Source: a virus
Length of the DNA stretch: 64,000 bases
IMG/VR virus record: IMGVR_UViG_3300008120_009632
Coordinates: 1 to 64,000 of that record
Strand: one strand, 5' to 3'
Shown here: one piece after another, positions 38,038 through 48,122 of the stretch
Layout of the letters: each line of letters begins with the position of its first letter
Position numbering within the stretch: position 1 is the stretch's first letter
Translations under genes and position numbers: made by a program
Notes under the pieces: generated by a model
What the model saw: only the letters and a program-made list of their open reading frames with translations
Told to the model about the DNA's origin: nothing
Database searches by the model: none

Positions 38038-38768
38038 TATGGAATATCTACTCCTCTAATATAAAAATTATTTCCTCGTTTTAAAACTCGCGCTTTATTA
38101 TTGGTCATTCCAACAAAAACATTTGTTGTGTATGAAGATGTTCCGGTACCGCAAGTATCTGACATATCTAATGTAGAGATTATTCCTGAATCACCATGGG
38201 TACTTACTGTCCAAACGTCACCAGTTCCCGCTCCATCACTAATAGGAGGTTCCGATGCACTACCACCAAAAGTATAGTATTCATCAGTACCACCTACTGG
38301 ATAAATTCTCCATTGATTATAAGTTTGTACTATTCTAAATAAATTATTACTATTAACAAAACTATGCCCATAATCATCTGTAGCATAGGTATATGTTCCG
38401 TTTATGTCGCTAGTACCTCCTTCCGTCCCTGCCCCTGTAATAATAATTTTATTAAAAACATAGGATCCATTTACTTGCGTACTCCAATTATATGCATATG
38501 TTTTTATGGCTGGTGCAATTCCATTTACGGCCGACCAGCTATCGTAACTAATAGGTAAAGATGGATTCACGGATGTTAGTAGAGTATATAATACTAAACT
38601 ATTTTGATTATTAATAAGTTGCCAAGTGGTACCACTATTTGTTAAATAAATAGCTCCTATTGTCCCAAATATATCATTTGGTTTTGTAAAAGTAGTATCA
38701 AAATTATCTCCATCATAAATACCATTAAATGTGGATGAACCACCACAAGCAACATAAATTCTTGTCAT
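38037..38768 (-). CDS. hypothetical beta-rich protein with an internal duplication
   Basis: Two similar units (I.V..GG...FNGIY...W.L / IIITGAG...INGTY...WRI). Confidence 0.6.
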   Translation of the reverse strand: MTRIYVACGGSSTFNGIYDGDNFDTTFTKPNDIFGTIGAIYLTNSGTTWQLINNQNSLVLYTLLTSVNPSLPISYDSWSAVNGIAPAIKTYAYNWSTQVNGSYVFNKIIITGAGTEGGTSDINGTYTYATDDYGHSFVNSNNLFRIVQTYNQWRIYPVGGTDEYYTFGGSASEPPISDGAGTGDVWTVSTHGDSGIISTLDMSDTCGTGTSSYTTNVFVGMTNNKARVLKRGNNFYIRGVDIP

Positions 38769-39691
38769 AAATAATCCTCAAAACCATAAGAAGGAAGTTT
38801 TTGTACAGGAAATCCGTCAAAGTTACTAAAAGCATATGAGCCATTTGCTGCTAACATTCCAGCGGCTACTTCGGCACGGATTAAAAATGATCCATCAGGA
38901 ATAGGACCCCATTCTGGATGACCTCCATCATTCCATTTGCCCCAACTATTTTGAACTAAGAATAATGGTTCACTGCCAGTATCATCACAGGCTATCCAAG
39001 CCATACAATGGGCCCAGTTACCACTAACATTAGCTATGCCTTTTTTATCTCTTTTATTGCTAAAGCCATAATTAGAGCATACTGCTAATCCATATCCATT
39101 AGCAAGAGCATCTCGTGCTTCTTCTATAGTAGTAACTAAACTTACTGTTTTTATTTGATGGTCATTAGCTATATCTATAACTTTATCTGGTAGTCCTCTT
39201 GCTCCCCAGCCAGCTCCAAGATTACCATTATATTTGCTAAAATCTGCTACTCCGTTATAGTTTTTTCTTAGTACTATTCCACCATTTTTATTTACAAATT
39301 CTGCTGCTCTGGCACAACTCATGCCTTGGCCACCATGACCTCTTGCTCCATAAATAGCCTCTGTTGCTCCTCTTGCTACCCAAGATTCTTTTTCTCTATT
39401 TATATCTATCTCAACAGCTCTACTAACATCACAAGCATTTCTTGTGCCATGACTTACACAATCTCCAGTAGTTTGTCTCTCTTCGTAAGCTTTTTTATCA
39501 AACTTTAATACGCTTTTATATGGCGTACTTAATTTTCCTTTACCACTATTACTAATCCTTTTGCTAGCATCTCCAAATAACGGATATTTACTATTTTCCA
39601 TTAAATGATCAAAAACATGCTGTTCCCATAAACAGCCACTAAAACCTTTTCTATAATTAGTATATAATTCTTCTGGCGTAAATCTAGCCAT
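38765..39691 (-). CDS. papain-like (C1) cysteine peptidase
   Basis: Q.TGDCVSHG (oxyanion Gln + Cys), WAHCM (His), QNSWG (Asn). Confidence 0.88.
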   Translation of the reverse strand: MARFTPEELYTNYRKGFSGCLWEQHVFDHLMENSKYPLFGDASKRISNSGKGKLSTPYKSVLKFDKKAYEERQTTGDCVSHGTRNACDVSRAVEIDINREKESWVARGATEAIYGARGHGGQGMSCARAAEFVNKNGGIVLRKNYNGVADFSKYNGNLGAGWGARGLPDKVIDIANDHQIKTVSLVTTIEEARDALANGYGLAVCSNYGFSNKRDKKGIANVSGNWAHCMAWIACDDTGSEPLFLVQNSWGKWNDGGHPEWGPIPDGSFLIRAEVAAGMLAANGSYAFSNFDGFPVQKLPSYGFEDYL

Positions 39692-40182
39692 TATTTAGCT
39701 CCTTGATCGTATGCCCATGCTAAATACCTAAAAGCTTTTACTGCTTCTGCTCGTAGTTCAGCACTTAATGGTACAGAATCATCACCTATGACTGAGACAA
39801 TAACATCTTTGCTCTCCTTAGCAAGATTTTGGTATTTATCTTTTATATCCAACTTAAGCATAAGACCAGATAAACTATTAGCCTGTTTAATCTCTTCTGT
39901 ATTTCTAATAACTTCATTTTCTTGATCCAAAGCTATCAAATCAGCAATATCTGCATAAAGATCTCTTAATCTTATAGCATCAGTTTTATTTCCATTTTTT
40001 ACAACAGCTATAACATCGTCACATTCTTTTTTGATAGTATCATCTGTGGGAGCTTCAAGATTTAATACTACTCGATTAGTATTATTTTTTGATGGGATAA
40101 GATTAGATAAATTTGGTTTTAATAATCCTATAACAACTAAAATTCCAGCAATAATTAATAAAATACTATTTTTGTCTTTCAT
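39691..40182 (-). CDS. membrane-anchored hypothetical protein
   Basis: N-terminal TM segment ILLIIAGILVVIGLL. Confidence 0.7.
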   Translation of the reverse strand: MKDKNSILLIIAGILVVIGLLKPNLSNLIPSKNNTNRVVLNLEAPTDDTIKKECDDVIAVVKNGNKTDAIRLRDLYADIADLIALDQENEVIRNTEEIKQANSLSGLMLKLDIKDKYQNLAKESKDVIVSVIGDDSVPLSAELRAEAVKAFRYLAWAYDQGAK

Positions 40183-40544
40183 AGAACATTTCCTTTATCT
40201 GGTGAACAAGCATTTGGGGACAAGTGTGGAAACATTTCATCTGCTACTTTAACAGCTTCTGAGCATCCACTTTTAACAGCCAAGTCTCTGGTTTGTTTCC
40301 AGCTTGCTACTAATTGAAAAAATACATCCTCAGACGATTTGGGTTTGGATACAACAACTGGAGTTTTAACATCCACTGGGAGAGAGAATTGATCTTTATT
40401 AAAGAGTTTTAGCAAAGCGGACTGAACCGGACTTAATTGATCTTTGAACAAGACCCATAGAATTAATCCAACACCAGCATAAAGAGCCAAATCCATGGCA
40501 CCGAGTCCTTTAGAAAATTCTTCAAAACTTTGTGTAACGTTCAT
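40179..40544 (-). CDS. membrane protein
   Basis: LALYAGVGLILWVLF TM segment. Confidence 0.7.
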   Translation of the reverse strand: MNVTQSFEEFSKGLGAMDLALYAGVGLILWVLFKDQLSPVQSALLKLFNKDQFSLPVDVKTPVVVSKPKSSEDVFFQLVASWKQTRDLAVKSGCSEAVKVADEMFPHLSPNACSPDKGNVL

Positions 40545-40561
40545 ATATTTTTCCTTTTTAT

Positions 40562-40984
40562 TTATGGCACTTCATTGACTGTTACTGCTGACAAATAATC
40601 TTTTGATGGGAATATTCCAATCTCTCTGAATGTTGCAACCATTGCATCTATACTGGAACTAACCAAAATCATCAAAAAACTTTTTGTGTACTTATGTATA
40701 ATAGATTCTGCAACAGATGGAACAAGGGGAATATCTATCGCTATAAAGACAGCATCATAAAATTGTGATAATAGTGACATTGCTATTTCTTTTTTATCTT
40801 TTCCTGCTAAACTTTTGCTTTTATTTTCTATACTTTGTACTATTTTAGCTACTGCTAGTTGCAAAATTTTCCATGCTTGTGCAATAGCAACAGATTTAAC
40901 TTCGCCTAGGATTTTTTGATTTTCTTGAATTAGGTTTTCTAGATCTACTTTTAGATTTTCTGCTTGGTACTGGAACTGGTTCAT
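40562..40984 (-). CDS. hypothetical helical protein
   Basis: GKDKKEIA..L...YD...DIPLVP..AE; ATG 40984 preferred over 41056. Confidence 0.6.
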   Translation of the reverse strand: MNQFQYQAENLKVDLENLIQENQKILGEVKSVAIAQAWKILQLAVAKIVQSIENKSKSLAGKDKKEIAMSLLSQFYDAVFIAIDIPLVPSVAESIIHKYTKSFLMILVSSSIDAMVATFREIGIFPSKDYLSAVTVNEVP

Positions 40985-41249
40985 TTGATTGAGTATTTTC
41001 TGTTGTTGTTGGACTAGTAGAAGAATAGAATGTCTTTTTGATCTCTTTCCTACCATTTAAATATTTAACTAATATGGCTAATTGACCACCTATTAGTATA
41101 ATACTTTCTACACCATGACTAACATCTCGTATCAAATCTTCTTTTTGTTGAGAATCTTCGCCAAATAACCCTATTAAATATAGTCCACTAAATATGAAAC
41201 TGACTAATGTAAACCAAAATTCACTAGTTTTATAACCTGGTTTGATCAT
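40896..41249 (-). CDS. putative holin-like membrane protein
   Basis: KPGYKTSEFW N-terminal motif, two hydrophobic segments, very basic C-terminus. Confidence 0.5.
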   Translation of the reverse strand: MIKPGYKTSEFWFTLVSFIFSGLYLIGLFGEDSQQKEDLIRDVSHGVESIILIGGQLAILVKYLNGRKEIKKTFYSSTSPTTTENTQSNEPVPVPSRKSKSRSRKPNSRKSKNPRRS

Positions 41250-41271
41250 ATTATATTTCCCCTAAAATATA

Positions 41272-42342
41272 TTAATATTCTAATAGCATACAATCTCCGG
41301 GATTTGCTGCCCAATCAGAGCATCCAACAGTATAACCAATTACAGAACCATTATTCACATGTCTTTGTCCAATAAGACCTCTGTTTACAAAACTTATTCC
41401 TCTTAACTTACCCACCATTTCATTTGAATCTTGGTATTTATATACCATCGGTATTTTAACATATCTTCCAGATGGAGTTCTGAGTGAAGAAGAACCATTG
41501 CTTTGATTGGGTGTCATAACTAAATTTGAATATTTTATAGTACTTGTTCCAGGAGCAAATAATCCACAATGAGCATTAGAACTGCTTGATGCATGACCAT
41601 GAATAAATCCTCTAGCGGCATTATTATAAAATGCACTACCAACAGCGGTACCATTAAAATGATCTATACCCCATATACCATAAGTATTCCAAGGAACGCC
41701 ATAAGCTGTAGAATGACCGCTAGTAATCATTCCATAAAGATTACCATCAGTTTCAGCATCAGAAGAGTGAGAACTTTCTGGATCCCATAAAGCTCCAGCA
41801 ATACCTCCATTACTATATGATGCTGCAGTACTAACTCCTGTAGATATAAAGAAGACCGCTACTGACTCTTTACTTTCATATAAATGTATATTTCCAGTAA
41901 AAGTAGTTAATCCAGAATTTGCTGCTGCTCTGGATCCTAAAATTTTCCAATATCCAAAAGTTGAGCCACTAGTAAAAGGATTAGAATTATTCCAACTAGA
42001 AAAAGCACCAGCATTTTTAGTAATATTCATCATTAATGTATTAGTAGTATAAGTATCAGGACTAGCCATCGTAGGAGAAGGAGATGGTGTGGTGCTACTT
42101 CCAGCAATTAATATTTTTGCTGATCCTGCATTAGGTGTAACATGTAATGCTTCTGTTGTTCCAGCATTTTGATATCTGTCCCATGTTCCTGCTGAACCTG
42201 TGCCATTAGAACGCGATGATCCGTCTTGGTATGTGGAAGATGTTGCTAGTGTGTATATAGCATTCATTATAGTGTCTACAGTACCATTACTACTAATAGA
42301 TGCTACTCCAACATATCTCCATTCAACCGGCATTAATGACAT
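41272..42342 (-). CDS. hypothetical Ser/Gly/Thr-rich protein (probable virion/tail protein)
   Basis: 356 aa; composition typical of tail proteins. Confidence 0.55.
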   Translation of the reverse strand: MSLMPVEWRYVGVASISSNGTVDTIMNAIYTLATSSTYQDGSSRSNGTGSAGTWDRYQNAGTTEALHVTPNAGSAKILIAGSSTTPSPSPTMASPDTYTTNTLMMNITKNAGAFSSWNNSNPFTSGSTFGYWKILGSRAAANSGLTTFTGNIHLYESKESVAVFFISTGVSTAASYSNGGIAGALWDPESSHSSDAETDGNLYGMITSGHSTAYGVPWNTYGIWGIDHFNGTAVGSAFYNNAARGFIHGHASSSSNAHCGLFAPGTSTIKYSNLVMTPNQSNGSSSLRTPSGRYVKIPMVYKYQDSNEMVGKLRGISFVNRGLIGQRHVNNGSVIGYTVGCSDWAANPGDCMLLEY

Positions 42343-42351
42343 GTTTTACTC

Positions 42352-42543
42352 CTAATTAATGGTAGCTTCATACGAAATAAATTGTTCATAATTAATAGAT
42401 CCAACATATACATCTAAAATATCAGAAGAATAATATTCTGGAGTAAATCCACTTGGAAAAATACTCTGATCATATATTAGAATATTTCCTAGATATATTT
42501 TAGATATATTATTATTTAATATTATTGGCATAAATGTAATCAA
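42352..42543 (-). CDS. small protein with fibre-adaptor-like motif
   Basis: NISKIYLGNILIY, shared with 43905-44525. Confidence 0.5.
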   Translation of the reverse strand: MITFMPIILNNNISKIYLGNILIYDQSIFPSGFTPEYYSSDILDVYVGSINYEQFISYEATIN

Positions 42544-42566
42544 TATATGTATATTAATGTATTATA

Positions 42567-42577
42567 TATTATACACC
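42567..42577 (-). promoter_or_regulatory. candidate phage promoter motif GGTGTATAATA
   Basis: Intergenic, about 25 nt upstream of ORF 42543. Confidence 0.55.
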
Positions 42578-42586
42578 AAAAATTGA

Positions 42587-43831
42587 TTATATTTCTAGCA
42601 GTCCTGGAAATCTAGGATTTTGATCTTTGATAGATATTAAATCTGCGAACACAACAGGAATATTATTTATTCTCCACCAGCTTGAAGGATAATCTGTTTC
42701 TAGTCTGGAAATTTGGAACTTCACAGTATCATTTCTTATATATCGGGCCTGTTGTTGTTTAGTATAATACCAAAAACTATTTTGATTCCAAAAAGAAACG
42801 TGTGTAGGATCTTGAAATGCTCCTCTACCATCTGTTGATGGAACTTGTATAAAGACCCATCCTCCATGAACTAAAACTCTATGTATTTCTTTCATAGTTT
42901 TAAATGGATCTCGTAAATGTTCTATCACATGACTAGCATTAACAACATAACAGGAATTATCTGGCATTGGTATTTCATCATTTAAATCACAAATAATATC
43001 TGATCCTTCTTGATCAATTGATATGTATCCTTTTCTACCATCTATGCCTCCGCCTATATCTATCATTTTTAGATTCTTTAGTTCAGCATCTCTTTCTGCA
43101 AGGCTTTGAATCCATTTATTTCTAAGTTGTACTGTTCCTGTTTGTATTTCTTTATTTCTTTCTAACCATGTATTTTCTCCATGTATCCTGTAAATGTATA
43201 ATGGTTCTGGTATATGATAAAATTTAGTAATTAAATATGTTCTAATTATTAATTCTTGATCATCTAATATAGATAAGTTATCATTATGGCCGCCAACTTT
43301 ATGGTAAATTTCTTTTCTCCATGATCTAACATGATCTGGCGCGAACCATATTAATGATACTGAATGACTACTTGGTTCAAATGATTGAGGAACCCATAAG
43401 CTTTTTCCATTATAGGATATTTTTTGGTGTTTCCATCCGTATGCTGTGTTATATGGTTTAAAGTTCTCGTTAAGTTTAGCATTATCAGAATAAACAAATC
43501 CAACATCAGGATGATTCTCGTATGCTTGTTTTAGTTTTTCTAAGCATTGAGGTAATAGTATATCATCATGATCAACTTCTACCAAAATATCTCCAGAACC
43601 TAAATTAAATGCTTTATTTTTATGGTATCCTACATTAGTATTATTAGAATAGTCACAATATATTTTAACTCTATTATCTGGTGTTAAAAAATTAAAATGA
43701 TCATGCGTTGCAGATCCATTGATATATATAATCCATTCCCAATTTTGATAGGTTTGTTTAGTAATAGATTGATATAATTCTTGTATATATGAAGTATTTT
43801 TATGTGTGGGAGTTATAATAGAAAATTTCAT
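42587..43831 (-). CDS. GT2 glycosyltransferase fused to a class I methyltransferase domain
   Basis: FSIITPTH, QTYQNWEWII, VEVDHDD (DxD), DDQEL; C-terminal DIGGG, SHVIEHL, RVLVHGG, DPTHVSFW. Confidence 0.88.
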   Translation of the reverse strand: MKFSIITPTHKNTSYIQELYQSITKQTYQNWEWIIYINGSATHDHFNFLTPDNRVKIYCDYSNNTNVGYHKNKAFNLGSGDILVEVDHDDILLPQCLEKLKQAYENHPDVGFVYSDNAKLNENFKPYNTAYGWKHQKISYNGKSLWVPQSFEPSSHSVSLIWFAPDHVRSWRKEIYHKVGGHNDNLSILDDQELIIRTYLITKFYHIPEPLYIYRIHGENTWLERNKEIQTGTVQLRNKWIQSLAERDAELKNLKMIDIGGGIDGRKGYISIDQEGSDIICDLNDEIPMPDNSCYVVNASHVIEHLRDPFKTMKEIHRVLVHGGWVFIQVPSTDGRGAFQDPTHVSFWNQNSFWYYTKQQQARYIRNDTVKFQISRLETDYPSSWWRINNIPVVFADLISIKDQNPRFPGLLEI

Positions 43832-43904
43832 AATATGTCCATGAGAATAACTATTGCATATCTAATATAATAGTTACAGATCCAAAATAGTCCAGATAAT
43901 CTAT

Positions 43905-44525
43905 TTAAATTGTGTTTTGATCAACAAAGCCAAAGCAAAGAGTACAATAATACTCTGGAACTGTATAATTAAAAGTTACTGTGCTTGCTGTACCGTCTAT
44001 TCTAATAATATTAAATCCTTCTTCTCCAGTAAATTGATAATATTGAGTACCATTTACTCCGCTCTGATATGTTGTATCCATACTCCAAATTGGAGTAAAT
44101 GGCACTGATACTATAACAGGAACAGGTAGTCCAGGTTGGCCAACACTAGCAAATGCGACCAAAGCATCTGTAACAGATTCGCTAAAAACTGCTGTGAATA
44201 TTCCTGCTTGACTATTTAATATTTGAGTTCCACTAATTGGAATACCATATTGTTCTGGAAAAGTAGATGCTCCATACATACCATCATGAGTATTCATACC
44301 TCCGCCGTCTTGAGTAATTGACACCGTAATATCATTCTGGCCAATTCCAGATGCTGAAGTTGCTGTGACAGAATTAATTGTCATCCATTGAAAACCAGAA
44401 CTACCAAAAGAGGTTGTTGAATATACTATATTATTTCCTAAAAATATTTTAGAAATATTATTGCTTCCTAATTTAGCAGAGTTAATGTTGAAACTATTTA
44501 AGTATAGATCGCTATCTATTGGCAT
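43905..44525 (-). CDS. putative fibre-tip/adhesin protein
   Basis: N-terminal KLGSNNISKIFLGNNIVY motif directly after the collagen fibre gene. Confidence 0.5.
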   Translation of the reverse strand: MPIDSDLYLNSFNINSAKLGSNNISKIFLGNNIVYSTTSFGSSGFQWMTINSVTATSASGIGQNDITVSITQDGGGMNTHDGMYGASTFPEQYGIPISGTQILNSQAGIFTAVFSESVTDALVAFASVGQPGLPVPVIVSVPFTPIWSMDTTYQSGVNGTQYYQFTGEEGFNIIRIDGTASTVTFNYTVPEYYCTLCFGFVDQNTI

Positions 44526-44534
44526 AAAGATTTC

Positions 44535-46420
44535 TTAATCATTGATTATATATAATGTATTTGGGTCGGGACTACTTATACTATCATAATTAGTTTGACT
44601 AAGTTGAACAATATTAGTAATAGTAGAGGCTCCTGTTATGCCAGTTATATCACTAACAACCAAGTTATTAGGAAGTATTGCCTGTTCGCCTTGGTAACCC
44701 TGACTACCTTGTTCGCCTTGGTAGCCCTGATCACCTTGGTAACCCTGACTACCTTGTTCGCCTTGGTAGCCCTGATCACCTTGGTAACCCTGACTACCTT
44801 GGTCTCCTTGATATCCTTGATCGCCCTGATAGCCTTGATCTCCTTGGTAACCTTGTTCTCCTTGGTAGCCTTGATCACCTTGATAACCTTGGTAACCCTG
44901 ATTTCCGTCATTACCTTGGTAACCCTGATCTCCTTGAAAACCTTGATCACCTTGGAATCCCTGAGTTCCTCCATTACCATCAGCACCTTGAGCACCTTGA
45001 TCACCTTGGTAGCCTTGATCGCCTTGATCGCCTTGAAAACCTTGATTGCCATCTGGGCCTTGAGACCCTTGTGGGCCTTCTAATCCTTGATTTCCGTCCG
45101 GACCTTGGTTTCCGTCCGGACCTTGGAATCCTTGATTACCATCTTGCCCCGGAAGGCCTTGATTGCCATCTGGTCCTTGGTTTCCAGAATCTCCTTGAGA
45201 TCCTTGGAATCCAATATCTCCTTGGTTACCTTGATATCCTTGTTCCCCCTGATAACCTTGATAACCTTGATCTCCTTGAAAACCTTGATCGCCCTGATAG
45301 CCTTGGTAACCCTGGTCGCCTTGTGGACCTTGATTACCAGAAAATCCTGCCTCTCCTTGATAACCTTGATCACCTTGATATCCCTGATAGCCTTGATCTC
45401 CTTGGTATCCTTGTTCACCTTGATAGCCTTGTTCGCCTTGATAACCTTGATCTCCTTGAAAACCTTGAGCACCATCATTACCTTGAAATCCTTGATCCCC
45501 TTGATTTCCTTGATTACCCTGTTCACCTTGGTAGCCTTGTTCACCTTGGGATCCTTGATCACCCTTGCTAAGAACTAATGTCCAATTTCCAGGATATGCT
45601 ACTGGATTATAACCAGCAGCACCAATATAAGCTGTCATAACATACAATGATCCGTTATATGTAATTGCCTGACCTTCTGAGTAAGTCACGCCGTCATTAT
45701 ATGCTCCTAAATAATTAAATGCTTGAGATCCTTGAGGACCAGCATCTCCTTGTGGACCTTGATCTCCTTGACTACCTTGCGGACCAGAATCTCCTTGAGA
45801 TCCCTGATCTCCTTGCACTCCTTGATCTCCCTGAGATCCCTGATCTCCTTGACTTCCCTGACTACCTTGAGATCCTTGGTCTCCTTGGTTTCCTTGATTC
45901 CTTGAGATCCCTGATCTCCTTGCACTCCTTGATCTCCCTGAGATCCCTGATCTCCTTGACTTCCCTGACTACCTTGAGATCCTTGGTCTCCTTGGTTTCC
46001 TTGATGGCCTTGTTCTCCTTGGAGTCCTTGATTACCATCTGGCCCTTGGTTACCGTCTGGCCCTTGATTACCGTCTGGCCCTTGATTACCGTCTGGACCT
46101 TGATTACCGTCTGGACTACCTTGAAAACCTTGCGGACCAGTATCTCCTTGATCTCCTTTGGACCCCTGACTACCTTGAGAGCCTTGAACCCCTTGATATC
46201 CTTGAGGGCCTTGAACTCCTTGAAAGCCTTGGTTACCTTGGGTTCCTAAACTTCCTTGATATCCTTGTGGGCCTTGAGCACCAGAACCTGAGGACAATAA
46301 TGAATTGACGGTTATATATTCAGTAATAGCAGACCCACTAGGGTCACTCATTATGACTAATAAATCGTTGCCGTTTATGTTTTCATTTTCTGGTAATTCA
46401 TTAATTCTAATAATAGGCAT
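44535..46420 (-). CDS. collagen-like (Gly-X-Gln) tail fibre with internal CBM-like domain; frameshifted by a 107-bp duplication
   Basis: N-terminal IRINELP anchor motif; long GxQ repeats; YLGAYNDGVTYSEGQAITYNGSLY...W CBM5/12-like segment; C-terminal YD....DPNTLYII. Removing one 107-bp copy gives a single 593-codon frame. Confidence 0.8.
45792..46005. repeat. perfect 107-bp tandem duplication
   Basis: 45792-45898 is identical to 45899-46005; the period is not a multiple of 3. Confidence 0.85.
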
Positions 46421-46425
46421 TTATA

Positions 46426-46662
46426 TTAAACTCCTAATACGTTGCCATTAATACTTCCGCCACCGCCACCGCCACCATAGTAGTAACTAGGATCATCAAA
46501 TCTAGTTTCATATTTGGTTTCAATACTTGCAATATTAGGAGTATTGTTTACGTATGTATTTAAAAAATCTTTATTTGTTGATCCTGTAACTTTTGTACTA
46601 ATTATAATTGAACCATTTTTAATTGGATTGTTTTCTATACTCTTAACTATATCTATAGCCAT
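46426..46662 (-). CDS. hypothetical protein
   Basis: 78 aa; SD AAGGAG; Gly run near the C-terminus. Confidence 0.65.
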   Translation of the reverse strand: MAIDIVKSIENNPIKNGSIIISTKVTGSTNKDFLNTYVNNTPNIASIETKYETRFDDPSYYYGGGGGGGSINGNVLGV

Positions 46663-46692
46663 AATTAAACTCCTTATTATAGTATATAATTA

Positions 46693-46703
46693 ATTTATAC
46701 ACC
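46693..46703 (-). promoter_or_regulatory. candidate phage promoter motif GGTGTATAAAT
   Basis: Intergenic, about 30 nt upstream of ORF 46662. Confidence 0.55.
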
Positions 46704-46732
46704 ATATGATATATTATATATTAGCCAATTAA

Positions 46733-48112
46733 CTAGAGGCTATCAATATGAGAATAACTATTATTTTTAGTACATCCAGCCTGATAATATGTAATTCCAT
46801 TAATAATTACAGTATCTTGTGCTGATCTAGGATCATCAAAATCACAAACTGCTATTCTGGAAAGAACAGCATTAGTAGGAGGTGTTCCGGTTGTACTAGT
46901 ATACGGATTACCACAAGGACTACCAGTATTAAAAGTATAACTATTATCCCATGCTCTAATATTCATTTGATCAGCAATTTCATCTATTCTACAGAATAGA
47001 GCAAAATTTGTTCCAGCAGCAAATACCAATCCTACAATTTTTAACACACCTCCTATATCTGCTATTACAGCAGATCCAGAATCTCCAGGTACTATCGGAT
47101 AATCTCCTCCATCTTCATATATAAAATATACAATATTATTAAATGTAATAACATGACTATTCATAGAAACAGAGCTGGACGCTCCGACTAGATAAGGGAT
47201 AAGCCTACAAGATACTGTTTCTTCCCATCCTTTTGGTCCAGTGGTTCTACCTGTAGAATATAATCTATTATTATCTGATAATAAATTATCTATTTCTAAT
47301 GTTGTAGCGAATGGTAGTTTTGAAGTCATTTGTGGTAAAGTTGAGGGCTTATGTATAGCAAATGATTGATTAGTGACTATATTATTATCTAAAAATAACA
47401 CAGCACAATCAACAGTATTTCCCAATGTTTTTCTAAATGAAGAATACCTTTTGATTCTTGGGCCAGAAAGGAATAGGCCACCGGTACTAGTATCGTTACA
47501 GAGAGATCCTGGCGCTCCACTTATTGATGGGATTGGCGGCCAAGCTCTTTCTTCATATATATTATATGGATCATTTGTCTCTTGATTTTTTATTCTATCA
47601 GAAGCTAGAAATGGATTATTGCAAACAACGTGAGCATTTGTTATTCCAATAATATTATTATCTACATTATCTATAGCTAAAAAACCCAATGTTCCAACAG
47701 TAAATGACCATTGTGTTTGTCCCCCAACTACGGAAGATGTTGCTCCGGTTGGGAATTGATATATTTCTTGTCCTCCTTTAATAGGATATAAAAATGCGGG
47801 ATTTCCACGAAGTCTATTTATTTCGCTATCTAATGGTGATCTGCTATAACATTCTATACCTGATGGCAAAGTTGATTGCTCGATAACATCTGTAGTATAA
47901 GAGTTACCTCCAATATTTACAGAAGACGGTAGAATTTCATCAGGATTTAATTCTGATAATGGTTTTTTCTTATAAACACTAAAGACTATACCTATTTCAT
48001 TTGTTCTTTGATTATTAACAAATTTATATCCTAATCCAACAGAGTGTACATTTTCTGGAGTATCATTATACAAATCTGGTATTTGAGATTTTAACGCTTC
48101 TGTTAAATTCAT
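46733..48112 (-). CDS. trypsin-like (S1) serine protease
   Basis: GTLG, TNAHV (His), DCAV (Asp), GRTTG, PGDSGS (Ser), VGLVFA. Confidence 0.85.
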   Translation of the reverse strand: MNLTEALKSQIPDLYNDTPENVHSVGLGYKFVNNQRTNEIGIVFSVYKKKPLSELNPDEILPSSVNIGGNSYTTDVIEQSTLPSGIECYSRSPLDSEINRLRGNPAFLYPIKGGQEIYQFPTGATSSVVGGQTQWSFTVGTLGFLAIDNVDNNIIGITNAHVVCNNPFLASDRIKNQETNDPYNIYEERAWPPIPSISGAPGSLCNDTSTGGLFLSGPRIKRYSSFRKTLGNTVDCAVLFLDNNIVTNQSFAIHKPSTLPQMTSKLPFATTLEIDNLLSDNNRLYSTGRTTGPKGWEETVSCRLIPYLVGASSSVSMNSHVITFNNIVYFIYEDGGDYPIVPGDSGSAVIADIGGVLKIVGLVFAAGTNFALFCRIDEIADQMNIRAWDNSYTFNTGSPCGNPYTSTTGTPPTNAVLSRIAVCDFDDPRSAQDTVIINGITYYQAGCTKNNSYSHIDSL

Positions 48113-48122
48113 AATGTTTCTC

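Noticed and set aside
40562-41249. Rz/Rz1-type overlapping spanins
   Set aside because: Neither ORF has a lipobox Cys or lipoprotein signal.
44595-46249. Several long alternative-frame and antisense ORFs over the collagen gene
   Set aside because: They are by-products of the 9-nt periodic GxQ repeat: low-complexity translations with no independent start signals.
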